Virus record (IMG/VR): IMGVR_UViG_3300036783_000070
Location: 1-44,751 of that record
DNA length: 44,751 nucleotides
DNA from: a virus
Lineage: Duplodnaviria > Caudoviricetes
Reading direction: 5' to 3' (one strand)
Shown here: positions 9,291-16,498 of the stretch, piece by piece
Position numbering within the stretch: the stretch's first letter is position 1
Layout: each line of letters starts with the position of its first letter
Notes under the pieces: generated by a model
Seen by the model: the letters and a program-made list of their open reading frames with translations, nothing else
Told to the model about the DNA's origin: nothing
The model's database searches: none
Program-made: the position numbers and the translations under genes

Positions 9291-9325
9291 GGGGCAGCTC
9301 CTAGCTTCCATCTAAGAGCTGCCCC
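9291..9325 (-). terminator. Intergenic hairpin / possible terminator
   Basis: GGGGCAGCTC...GAGCTGCCCC 10 bp inverted repeat just after the stop of 9337..9660; no strong U tract. Confidence 0.5.
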
Positions 9326-9336
9326 TGTGGACTTAC

Positions 9337-9660
9337 TTAGGCGTTGGTAGTCGCGGTGGCAGACATGCCATCTGAGCCTACCTCGACGTTCCAGGTGCGG
9401 TCACCATCGTCAGTTGCCTGAACGGTGAAGGTGTCCTCCGGAGCCGACTTGTTCACGGAGAACGTCGCCGTGATGTTGGTCGACTCGCTGTTCTGGTTCT
9501 GAACAACGACTGTCAGGGTGAAGCCGGAGGTTTCCACCTGCTCTCCAGACTGCCAGGTGATCTTGGCCGTGATCGCGTCGCCGGGGTTGAACGTGGGGTT
9601 GTCGAGCACGTTGCCAGACGCGTCGACGAACTGGACAGACAGGTTGGTTGGTGCGGTCAT
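9337..9660 (-). CDS. Hypothetical all-beta (Ig-like) protein
   Basis: AAGGAG RBS precedes ATG at 9660; Thr/Ser/Val-rich alternating pattern; high-GC3 codon use. Confidence 0.6.
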   Translation of the reverse strand: MTAPTNLSVQFVDASGNVLDNPTFNPGDAITAKITWQSGEQVETSGFTLTVVVQNQNSESTNITATFSVNKSAPEDTFTVQATDDGDRTWNVEVGSDGMSATATTNA

Positions 9661-9710
9661 AATTCCAAGCTCCTTCTCGAGCCACCTGAAAGGGTGATGC
9701 TTGTGATGTT

Positions 9711-12074
9711 TCACAGGACACCCCAGTTGTCACCGATCTCGATGTCTACGCCGAACTTGACGTAGTCACCGACGATCGTTCTTGCCGACTCGAGCATTGT
9801 ACTCTCGAGTCGCATCTTAACCTCGTCCACGTCCCTTTGATGACACTCAACGAGTATCGAGTCGTGAACGAGGTTCCTCACCCATCCTACGCCTTTCAAC
9901 TGCGGACGTAGCCAGGTGAAGGCTTGTAGGCAAATGTCTGAGGCTGTCGATTGCGGGAGGAACGCAAGAGCCTCATTCATTACCTCATGGCTGTTCTGAT
10001 CCGTAATCAACCAGAACCTGCGATGCCGACCGAAGGGCGTTATCAAATCCTCGCCCCTGTGGACCTTCTGCTTGGTCTCTTCGCGGAAGTCGACTATGTT
10101 AGGAATGACGTCGAAGAAGGCACGCATGCCTCGTTGTGCTTCGCCTACAGGGATGCCGAACTCATCGGCGATCGACTTAGCCTCTCGGCCATAGCCCAGT
10201 CCATAGACGTAAGCCTTGACGCGTATTCGGAGCTCCTTGAGCGCAGGCTTATCAAGGCCTGCGAGATCGCCGTAGAGTCTTGGGGCGAGCTCGTCGAAAA
10301 TGTCACGAGTTGGGTCGTTGAATATTTCCCGAAAATAAGGCTCTTGAGCCAACCACGTGAGCATTCGTAGTTCGGCTTGCTTGTAGTCGGCCTGAACAAA
10401 TACGTATTCAGGTCGAGTAGGTACGAATTGACGACGGAGTACTTCTCCGCGTGTGATATTTTGAAGGTTAGGGTTACGACAAGAAAGTCTTCCCGTCGTC
10501 GTCCCATGTAGAAGGAACGTCGGAAATACACGGCCCTTATAGACGCGTTGACGTATACCTTTGACGTAGGTTCCATACGACTTGGCATCCTTTCTATGAG
10601 CCAGGAGTAGTTCGAAGAATTCATATGCCTCTCCATCTACCTTGCCACGATACTCATCCAGAGCATCTGCATCCGTAGTGGGACGCATCTCACCCTTCTG
10701 GTTACGCTTAAGGATTGGTCGGAGTCCAAATCCTTCGATCGCTTCCAGAACCTGCTTCGGTGATCGTGGGTTGAATGATGACTGATCGATGAGTGTTGCC
10801 ATAGAGCTTTCCAGGGAGGCCAAGCGTCGTGAATACTCTTGTGCCAGCTCGGAATTATATTCCAGATCCACACCGATTCCATTGAGCTCAACGAACATGA
10901 GTTCGTTGGATGCCTGAATGAGAAAATCGTGTAGTGCACGCAGGCCAGGCTCCGCGTCAAGAAGAGCGCTGAGCATTTCAAACAGCGCGTACGTAGCGGC
11001 GCAATCGTATGCATTGTACTTGTACAATACGTCACGTGGTATTGCACCGTAGCCGTCGCCGGGACGAAGGTAGCGCTTGATCTCGTCATCGTACTGGGGA
11101 GTACCGAGCCTTTCCACAGCATTGTACTTAAGGCCGTGAATCCCTGGTCGCTCGTCAAGGCAGTAACTGGCGAGCATTGTGTCGAACCAGAGCTTGAGAC
11201 CTCGCAGGCCTTTAGCGTAAAGCCCTCCAAGATCGAACTTGCCATTCTGAGCAATGATTCGACGGCATGCGTCAGCAAGGTATTTCCTGAGAGCCTCGAT
11301 GACTGAAGTGTCTCGAAGGACACGCTCACCGAACACACACACCTTTCCGGGAGCGTATCCGATGCCCACACAGAGTAGAGTATGTCTTCTGACGTGCTCG
11401 AAGGAGACGTCTTTGTCCACATCAGTCTCAATGTCAACTGAGACCGTCGCATATGCGGCAAGTTCATCAATTGCTCGATGAGCGGACTCTGCATCGTCGA
11501 CCACGGTATATTGAGGCTCGGTCCACTCATGGCTTAGCCCTTTGAGCTTGGCGAAGTCGTTGACGATGGACGGGAAGTAGCTGTCCCCCTTCGGCCGGAG
11601 GCATGCCGCGGGATGGAACGTGGGAATGACCTGAAAGCCAAGCTCTTCGACTTCCTTTGGTGGTCCAATACGGAGGCGTGTGATTCCCACCTTACCTCCC
11701 AGAAGACTCTGTGCGGAAGAGTTACCGAGAGCCACCACTTGCTTGATCTTTCGCTCCTCCAGCTCGTGAAGGAGACGGGGCCTACACGCACGGATCGCGT
11801 TCGCGGAAGGGGTTGCGTTCTCCGGCGGCCTGCATAGGCACGCATTGGTGAGGAAAGTCTCTTCGCGATCGATGTGGTGGTACTGTAGGACCTTGTCCAG
11901 AATCTTGCCTGATACGCCAGAGAAAGGAATACCAATGCGAGTCTCATTTGCGCCTGGAGCCTCGCCGACGACTGCGATGCCATTCTTTCCGTTGCCGAAC
12001 GATGGGACGAACTTGCCATCTTCATACAGGTCACACTTCTCGCATAGTGCGTGAGGATTCTTACGTTCGGTCAC
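9711..12074 (-). CDS. DNA polymerase I (family A) with N-terminal family-4 uracil-DNA glycosylase domain
   Basis: UDG4: CEKC, GEAPG, TNACLCRPP, HPAA. Exo: DIET, NGKFD, YNAYD. Pol: TTTGRLS, ADYKQAELR, KAYVYGLGYG, VHDS. Confidence 0.95.
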   Translation of the reverse strand: MTERKNPHALCEKCDLYEDGKFVPSFGNGKNGIAVVGEAPGANETRIGIPFSGVSGKILDKVLQYHHIDREETFLTNACLCRPPENATPSANAIRACRPRLLHELEERKIKQVVALGNSSAQSLLGGKVGITRLRIGPPKEVEELGFQVIPTFHPAACLRPKGDSYFPSIVNDFAKLKGLSHEWTEPQYTVVDDAESAHRAIDELAAYATVSVDIETDVDKDVSFEHVRRHTLLCVGIGYAPGKVCVFGERVLRDTSVIEALRKYLADACRRIIAQNGKFDLGGLYAKGLRGLKLWFDTMLASYCLDERPGIHGLKYNAVERLGTPQYDDEIKRYLRPGDGYGAIPRDVLYKYNAYDCAATYALFEMLSALLDAEPGLRALHDFLIQASNELMFVELNGIGVDLEYNSELAQEYSRRLASLESSMATLIDQSSFNPRSPKQVLEAIEGFGLRPILKRNQKGEMRPTTDADALDEYRGKVDGEAYEFFELLLAHRKDAKSYGTYVKGIRQRVYKGRVFPTFLLHGTTTGRLSCRNPNLQNITRGEVLRRQFVPTRPEYVFVQADYKQAELRMLTWLAQEPYFREIFNDPTRDIFDELAPRLYGDLAGLDKPALKELRIRVKAYVYGLGYGREAKSIADEFGIPVGEAQRGMRAFFDVIPNIVDFREETKQKVHRGEDLITPFGRHRRFWLITDQNSHEVMNEALAFLPQSTASDICLQAFTWLRPQLKGVGWVRNLVHDSILVECHQRDVDEVKMRLESTMLESARTIVGDYVKFGVDIEIGDNWGVL

Positions 12075-12835
12075 GAGGCTGCCTTGTCCAGAGCTTCGAT
12101 GTTCTTGTCGACGAGCCAGATCGGGAAGTTGCTAACCTCCCTACCGAAGTAGTTCTTGACACGCTCGTTCATCCTGCTCTCTTCCATCCAGAGCTGATCA
12201 CCAGCGTCAGCCCAGACGAACGGAGCGTCAGTGTCGATGGAACGTACCCACTGTGCAAGACGCTTGACCTCATTCAGCGGCCCCTGTGGATCCTTCGCTC
12301 GTGAGAGGCCCAGCAGGTGGATACTTGCTATGCTAGGTGAACACTGCGCTCGGATCTCCCGCACGGCTAGCTCTCGTGTTCCGACGCCCATGTCTTCATT
12401 CATTCGACGAGGAAGACCGAACGTGTAGTGACCGATGCCAGACTGGTACATCAGCTTGCCTGTCTGGTAGATGAACTTGGAGATCTCGTCAGGCGACTGT
12501 ACCTGCATGACGACTTGAAGGTTGAAGTCGTAATCTGTCTGCTCGAAGATCTGGAGGAAGCCTTCGAGCTGTTCGAGAGTCTTCTCAGAGTCACGATAGG
12601 TATCGTTCACGATGATCTCGTTGCAGTGGTAACGCATGCCGATGTCCATGAGCTCTTCAGGACCGTAAGGTTCCTTCTCGAACATGCCGTTGTCGAGGAG
12701 CGTGTAGCAGCCGCGAAGTGCCTCGTACTGCTTACGCAGTCGGGGGAACTTGAGCATTTCGGGAACTAGCATCTGCGTCTGACGGTGCTGGATTCTCTCG
12801 GACAGACAAGCCGGAGGAATGATTGCTACCTGCAT
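12071..12835 (-). CDS. Putative TGT/DpdA-like base-exchange transglycosylase (TIM barrel)
   Basis: LLDNG.FE, IIVND, VVMQ, FGLPR, IHLLG and RSIDTDAP motifs parallel TGT/DpdA D-S-G, V.Q, H.LG and S.D motifs; lies in the preQ0 cluster. Confidence 0.6.
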   Translation of the reverse strand: MQVAIIPPACLSERIQHRQTQMLVPEMLKFPRLRKQYEALRGCYTLLDNGMFEKEPYGPEELMDIGMRYHCNEIIVNDTYRDSEKTLEQLEGFLQIFEQTDYDFNLQVVMQVQSPDEISKFIYQTGKLMYQSGIGHYTFGLPRRMNEDMGVGTRELAVREIRAQCSPSIASIHLLGLSRAKDPQGPLNEVKRLAQWVRSIDTDAPFVWADAGDQLWMEESRMNERVKNYFGREVSNFPIWLVDKNIEALDKAAS

Positions 12836-12856
12836 AGTTACTCGCTTCCCGCGGAG

Positions 12857-12880
12857 CGGGGCCAGATTGCTCTGGCCCCG
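12857..12880 (-). terminator. GNRA-capped hairpin, possible terminator or stabiliser
   Basis: CGGGGCCAGA-GCAA-TCTGGCCCCG perfect 10 bp stem on -. Confidence 0.55.
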
Positions 12881-12887
12881 TCACACG

Positions 12888-13082
12888 TCAAATGGTGTTA
12901 GGCGGCTGGGGTAGAGGAGGAGTAGGTTCCGGGTGCTGGACCAGACTCGCCTGGTGCACAGCGAGATCCTGGCTCGTGTTGTTCGCGACCGTGTGCGCCT
13001 TGAACGCTGTGACGAGCGCCGTGATGGCTCCGATGATGCCAGCGATAGCAGTGCAGAGCGCTGCGATGGTTGCCGGGTTCAC
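12888..13082 (-). CDS. Small single-TM protein
   Basis: Hydrophobic N-terminal helix, Pro-rich tail, coupled to upstream gene. Confidence 0.65.
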   Translation of the reverse strand: MNPATIAALCTAIAGIIGAITALVTAFKAHTVANNTSQDLAVHQASLVQHPEPTPPLPQPPNTI

Positions 13083-13351
13083 TACTTCGCGCCAGGGACG
13101 ATGTGCGTGAGGTTGTTCTCGACGGCATGGATCTGAGAACGAACTGCCTGGTCCTTTGCCTCGACTAGCTTCTGCATGGCCTTGGTGAGCTCGGGACTCG
13201 ACGGAACGACCTTCATGATGTCCATGGCGAGCTTCTCGAACATCTGCGGGATGTGCTTGAGCTCATCCTTGAGGTGACTCGAGTCGAGGAACCGCACGAC
13301 GTCGTTGACGGGCTTGGCGTGCATGAGCTGAATCGATGGATCAATTGCCAC
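13082..13351 (-). CDS. Conserved phage helical-hairpin protein (possibly Acb2/Tad1-like)
   Basis: F..SHL...L......F..LA......P.SPE.T.A..KL.EAKD.AVR motif, a widespread phage family. Confidence 0.55.
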   Translation of the reverse strand: MAIDPSIQLMHAKPVNDVVRFLDSSHLKDELKHIPQMFEKLAMDIMKVVPSSPELTKAMQKLVEAKDQAVRSQIHAVENNLTHIVPGAK

Positions 13352-13646
13352 CTTGGAACATCTCCTTTGCTGAGATGAAGCCTTCCTTGACTTCAGGCCT
13401 CGATGCGTAGAACTGGTTGAGCTGCTTCTGCAGGATGTACAACTTGATGTACGTCATGCGAGCGTAGTTGCCGAGGTCCAAGACCTCTTCCATTGCCTCC
13501 TGAAGAGTGTCCGCACCGAGGAACTTGAACGGTCCGTACTTCTCTTCTCCTAGCTGGAGACGATGTGCAGCCTCATCGACGAAGGCTGTATCGGCCTCAG
13601 CCAGGATTGATGGCAAATCGTTCGGTGTTACGCTCTCGCTTGGCAA
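13341..13646 (-). CDS. All-alpha NTP pyrophosphohydrolase-like protein
   Basis: R...G..KYG.......L.EAMEEVLD..NY with EExxD acidic motif. Confidence 0.6.
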   Translation of the reverse strand: MPSESVTPNDLPSILAEADTAFVDEAAHRLQLGEEKYGPFKFLGADTLQEAMEEVLDLGNYARMTYIKLYILQKQLNQFYASRPEVKEGFISAKEMFQGGN

Positions 13647-13908
13647 GGTAATGCTCCTCCAGGTTGTCGACTTCCAGTGCTCCGAAGAGCGTTGATAGGT
13701 AGGTCAGAACGTCGACGAGCTCTTCCGTAATCTGAGGCTTGAGCTCGGTGAAGGTGTGTGTACCTCGTTCTACCTTCTTGACGAGGTTAGCGACTTCACC
13801 AACCTCTCCAGCCAGTGCTAGAGTGAGGAAGGGGATGTCATACGGACGTTCGGGAAACCAGTCCGTAGTGTCTTCATGACACTGCTTGACGAGCTCTTCC
13901 AGATTCAC
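13597..13908 (-). CDS. MazG-like nucleotide pyrophosphohydrolase
   Basis: LAGEVGEVANLVKK and EELVDVL MazG motifs. Confidence 0.9.
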   Translation of the reverse strand: MNLEELVKQCHEDTTDWFPERPYDIPFLTLALAGEVGEVANLVKKVERGTHTFTELKPQITEELVDVLTYLSTLFGALEVDNLEEHYLAKRERNTERFAINPG

Positions 13909-14453
13909 CGGATTGCCTCCATGAATTCCATTTTCGCGGTTCGCGAGTGGTCATTGAAGACTCCTCGCATGACGGTCGTTCTGGTCTTGCTACCGAGTGC
14001 CTTCGCTCCTCGGATGCCCATGCAGGTATGTTCTGCCTGTAGGACGACTGCGACGCCTAGAGGGTCAAGCTGTCCCTCAATGACGTTAGCGATCTGTTCC
14101 GTCAACTCTTCTTGAGTCGACAAGCTCGCTGAGCACTGAGTCACCAGCCTCGGAAACTTACTGAGGCCTGCTATAACCTTGTTCGGTATGTAGCCGATGT
14201 GTGCAACACCGTAGTACGGGAAGACGTGGTGCCTGCACAGGCTGGCAAAGCGAATGTCGGTCACGGTAACCATCTGATCGACTTCGGCAGTGAAGGTCGT
14301 GAAGTCGAACTGCAGAGGTGTTGTCATCTGCTTCAGAGCTTCGACAAACCTTCGCGGCGTGTCTCTCTCCTGTGGATCACTCGGATCGAGACCCGCGACC
14401 CTAGTTAGGAGTACGCGTGCCAGGTCTTCGTCGTTCAGTGGACTAAATGCCAC
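13905..14453 (-). CDS. folE: GTP cyclohydrolase I
   Basis: DTPRR, SLCRHH, GLSK, QEELT, AEHTCMGIRG; likely start GTG at 14453 overlapping the queE end. Confidence 0.95.
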   Translation of the reverse strand: MAFSPLNDEDLARVLLTRVAGLDPSDPQERDTPRRFVEALKQMTTPLQFDFTTFTAEVDQMVTVTDIRFASLCRHHVFPYYGVAHIGYIPNKVIAGLSKFPRLVTQCSASLSTQEELTEQIANVIEGQLDPLGVAVVLQAEHTCMGIRGAKALGSKTRTTVMRGVFNDHSRTAKMEFMEAIR

Positions 14454-15141
14454 GGACTTGGGCTCCGTAGATGTAGTTGTGGACTTGTACGTTGAGTCGC
14501 CAGGGAAGTCGATGTTCCTGGATGAACTGAACGATGGCGTTTGAGGGATATTGGCCCCAGGCAGCTCCAACGTAAACCTCCGGCATCTGATCGACGAGGT
14601 ACTTCCAGTAGAGCTCCTTGGCTGCGGTCAAGTCCGATCGCTTGGCGATAACGAACTTGACTGCGTCACCAGGTGTAAGCTTCGGGATGTTCTGGATACG
14701 AGTTTCATCGTAAGGGTTCTCATTGCTGGCTGGAAGCTTCCAGTCCATGATGAACCTGCAGCCGAGATCGATGAGCTCGTCAGGAAGAGGCCTCGTACCG
14801 TTCGTGAACATCTCGAACGTGAAGGGACTGTCGTAGGCGTCGAGCTCCTGGATTACCCTGACGATATCCTGTGTAGGCTGGATGAGAGGCTCGCCACCTG
14901 TGAAGCAGATGTTCGACGCGAAAGTATCGATGTACTTCCGATTGATGTCGAAGGCAAGCTCTTCTGCCAAGATCTTCTTCTGCTCGTCCTTGAACAGTTC
15001 AGGCTTAATGGCATAAGGCGTATCGCACGGCCATCCAGAGCACTTCAGGTTACATCCGGCGAACCGAACGAACTGAGTCAGGACACCAACGTACGGTCCT
15101 TCGCCCTGCGTTGAGGTGTAATGCTCTAGGAGGCGTAGCAA
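14443..15141 (-). CDS. queE: 7-carboxy-7-deazaguanine synthase (radical SAM)
   Basis: STQGEG, FVRFAGCNLKC...CDT, TGGEPL, TNGT, VKFVI, RLNVQVH. Confidence 0.95.
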   Translation of the reverse strand: MLRLLEHYTSTQGEGPYVGVLTQFVRFAGCNLKCSGWPCDTPYAIKPELFKDEQKKILAEELAFDINRKYIDTFASNICFTGGEPLIQPTQDIVRVIQELDAYDSPFTFEMFTNGTRPLPDELIDLGCRFIMDWKLPASNENPYDETRIQNIPKLTPGDAVKFVIAKRSDLTAAKELYWKYLVDQMPEVYVGAAWGQYPSNAIVQFIQEHRLPWRLNVQVHNYIYGAQVRGI

Positions 15142-15248
15142 GATACGTTTCCTTCCAGGAAGCTCCAGATGGTTACTTGTCCCCGCTGAAGCTGCTTGAA
15201 CTGCCAGTCTCGTACTTGAATAGGACCGTTGTACATACTGGCGCCCAT
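15126..15248 (-). CDS. Possible 40-aa small protein
   Basis: MGASMYNGPIQVRDWQFKQ... fills the queD-queE gap; GAGG upstream. Confidence 0.4.
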   Translation of the reverse strand: MGASMYNGPIQVRDWQFKQLQRGQVTIWSFLEGNVSCYAS

Positions 15249-15265
15249 TCCGTAGTTGTTACCTC

Positions 15266-15682
15266 TCACTCGCTACTCCAGGTTGCGCAGTTGACTGCTG
15301 TCTCCCAAACAGTTACGGACGTTTTCGAGCAGCCGAAGAACTGGTTGGCCCATGAACCAACACCGTTTGCAAGGTTCTCGGTTGTAGGATCTCCAGGCAG
15401 AGTCGCTAGGCCAGGCAGGAGACCCATATCTCCAATGTTCTGGGCCCAGGGGTCACGTGCGTTGAGAAGAATACGATGGTCGAACTCGTGATCCAGGAAG
15501 CCGCGGAAGTGCTGCTTGACTATGCCGAAGTCAAGGCTGTTGAGCATTCCACGACCGTCGATGGAACCGAACAGTTCAAGTTCGACGTTCCAACTGTGGC
15601 CATGAATCTTCTCGCACTTGCCTGGGGTCTCGAAGAGACGATGTGCCATCTCGACGTTGTGCTTGACCTTGATGCTCTGCAT
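15266..15682 (-). CDS. queD: 6-carboxy-5,6,7,8-tetrahydropterin synthase
   Basis: AHRL, C..IHGHSW, DFG, DH..LLN, PTTENLA, VWET. Confidence 0.95.
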   Translation of the reverse strand: MQSIKVKHNVEMAHRLFETPGKCEKIHGHSWNVELELFGSIDGRGMLNSLDFGIVKQHFRGFLDHEFDHRILLNARDPWAQNIGDMGLLPGLATLPGDPTTENLANGVGSWANQFFGCSKTSVTVWETAVNCATWSSE

Positions 15683-15795
15683 TACTTCCCTCGGATGCCT
15701 CTGACGACAGCAGCTACGGCTGCCGACAGAACGAATATAAGGACCAGAATGATAATGGCCTGAAGGATATCCTTTCCGAACTCACTCCACGGCAT
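15682..15795 (-). CDS. 37-aa single-TM protein (not in ORF track)
   Basis: MPWSEFGKDILQAIIILVLIFVLSAAVAAVVRGIRGK; overlaps the queC end and is TAATG-coupled to queD. Confidence 0.65.
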   Translation of the reverse strand: MPWSEFGKDILQAIIILVLIFVLSAAVAAVVRGIRGK

Positions 15796-16498
15796 TGGTA
15801 ACGGCCTTCCAGTACAGGTTGTCCTCGTAGAGGGTCTTGTCGATGTCGTCTGCATCAGCACCGTGAATGGCTTCGAGACGCTCGACGCAGGTTCCGCACT
15901 TGCCGCAGTGGATCATACCACCCTTGTAGCACGACCACGTCTTGTCGAACGGGACGTTGAGCTCCTTGGCACGCTTGGCGATCTGCGTCTTCGTCTTGTA
16001 AAGGTAAGGAACAGTGATCCCGAAGTTCGGAACGATGAAGCCCTGGTTGGCCATCATCAGAACCTGCTCGAGGCTACGAATGAAGTCGGGCCTGCAGTCA
16101 GGATAGATTGCGTGGTCACCAGCGTGAACGGCTGTTGCTATGGAGTCTGCCTTACGAGCTACTGCGACCCCTGCAGCCATCGAGAGCATGCTCATGTTAC
16201 GGTTCGGAACAACCGTCGAGCGCATGTTGACGTTGTCGTAGGCACCTTCAGGCACTGCAATGTCACGGTTCATTAGCGACGAGATGCCCTCGCTGATCAA
16301 CTCGCCATAGCCGACGAGGTTGATGACTTCGTGCCTGATGTTCAGGTCGTAGGCGATCTGCTTCGCCGCGTCGAGCTCCTTAGCGTGACGCTGCCCGTAG
16401 TTGAACGAGACAGCCTCGACGTCGATGCCCTGACTGAGCAAGTCATAGATCATCGTTGTGCTGTCGAGTCCACCACTGAAGACTGCGATCGTTTTCAT
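15782..16498 (-). CDS. queC: 7-cyano-7-deazaguanine synthase
   Basis: SGGLDS, FNYGQRH, VPNRN, YPDCR, TWSCY, HCGKCGTCVER. Confidence 0.97.
   Translation of the reverse strand: MKTIAVFSGGLDSTTMIYDLLSQGIDVEAVSFNYGQRHAKELDAAKQIAYDLNIRHEVINLVGYGELISEGISSLMNRDIAVPEGAYDNVNMRSTVVPNRNMSMLSMAAGVAVARKADSIATAVHAGDHAIYPDCRPDFIRSLEQVLMMANQGFIVPNFGITVPYLYKTKTQIAKRAKELNVPFDKTWSCYKGGMIHCGKCGTCVERLEAIHGADADDIDKTLYEDNLYWKAVTNAVE

Noticed and set aside
10145-12034. Long same-strand alternative-frame ORFs within the polymerase (10145..10636, 10637..11530, 11534..12034)
   Set aside because: Ser/Thr/Arg-rich shadow frames caused by codon bias; no motifs.
14454-14570. N-terminal extension of FolE in the ORF track
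   Set aside because: Lies wholly within queE; FolE similarity begins near GTG 14453.
12071-16498. Queuosine tRNA-modification (auxiliary metabolic) pathway
   Set aside because: queF, queA and queG/H are absent and the cluster is embedded among DNA replication genes, which favours DNA modification.
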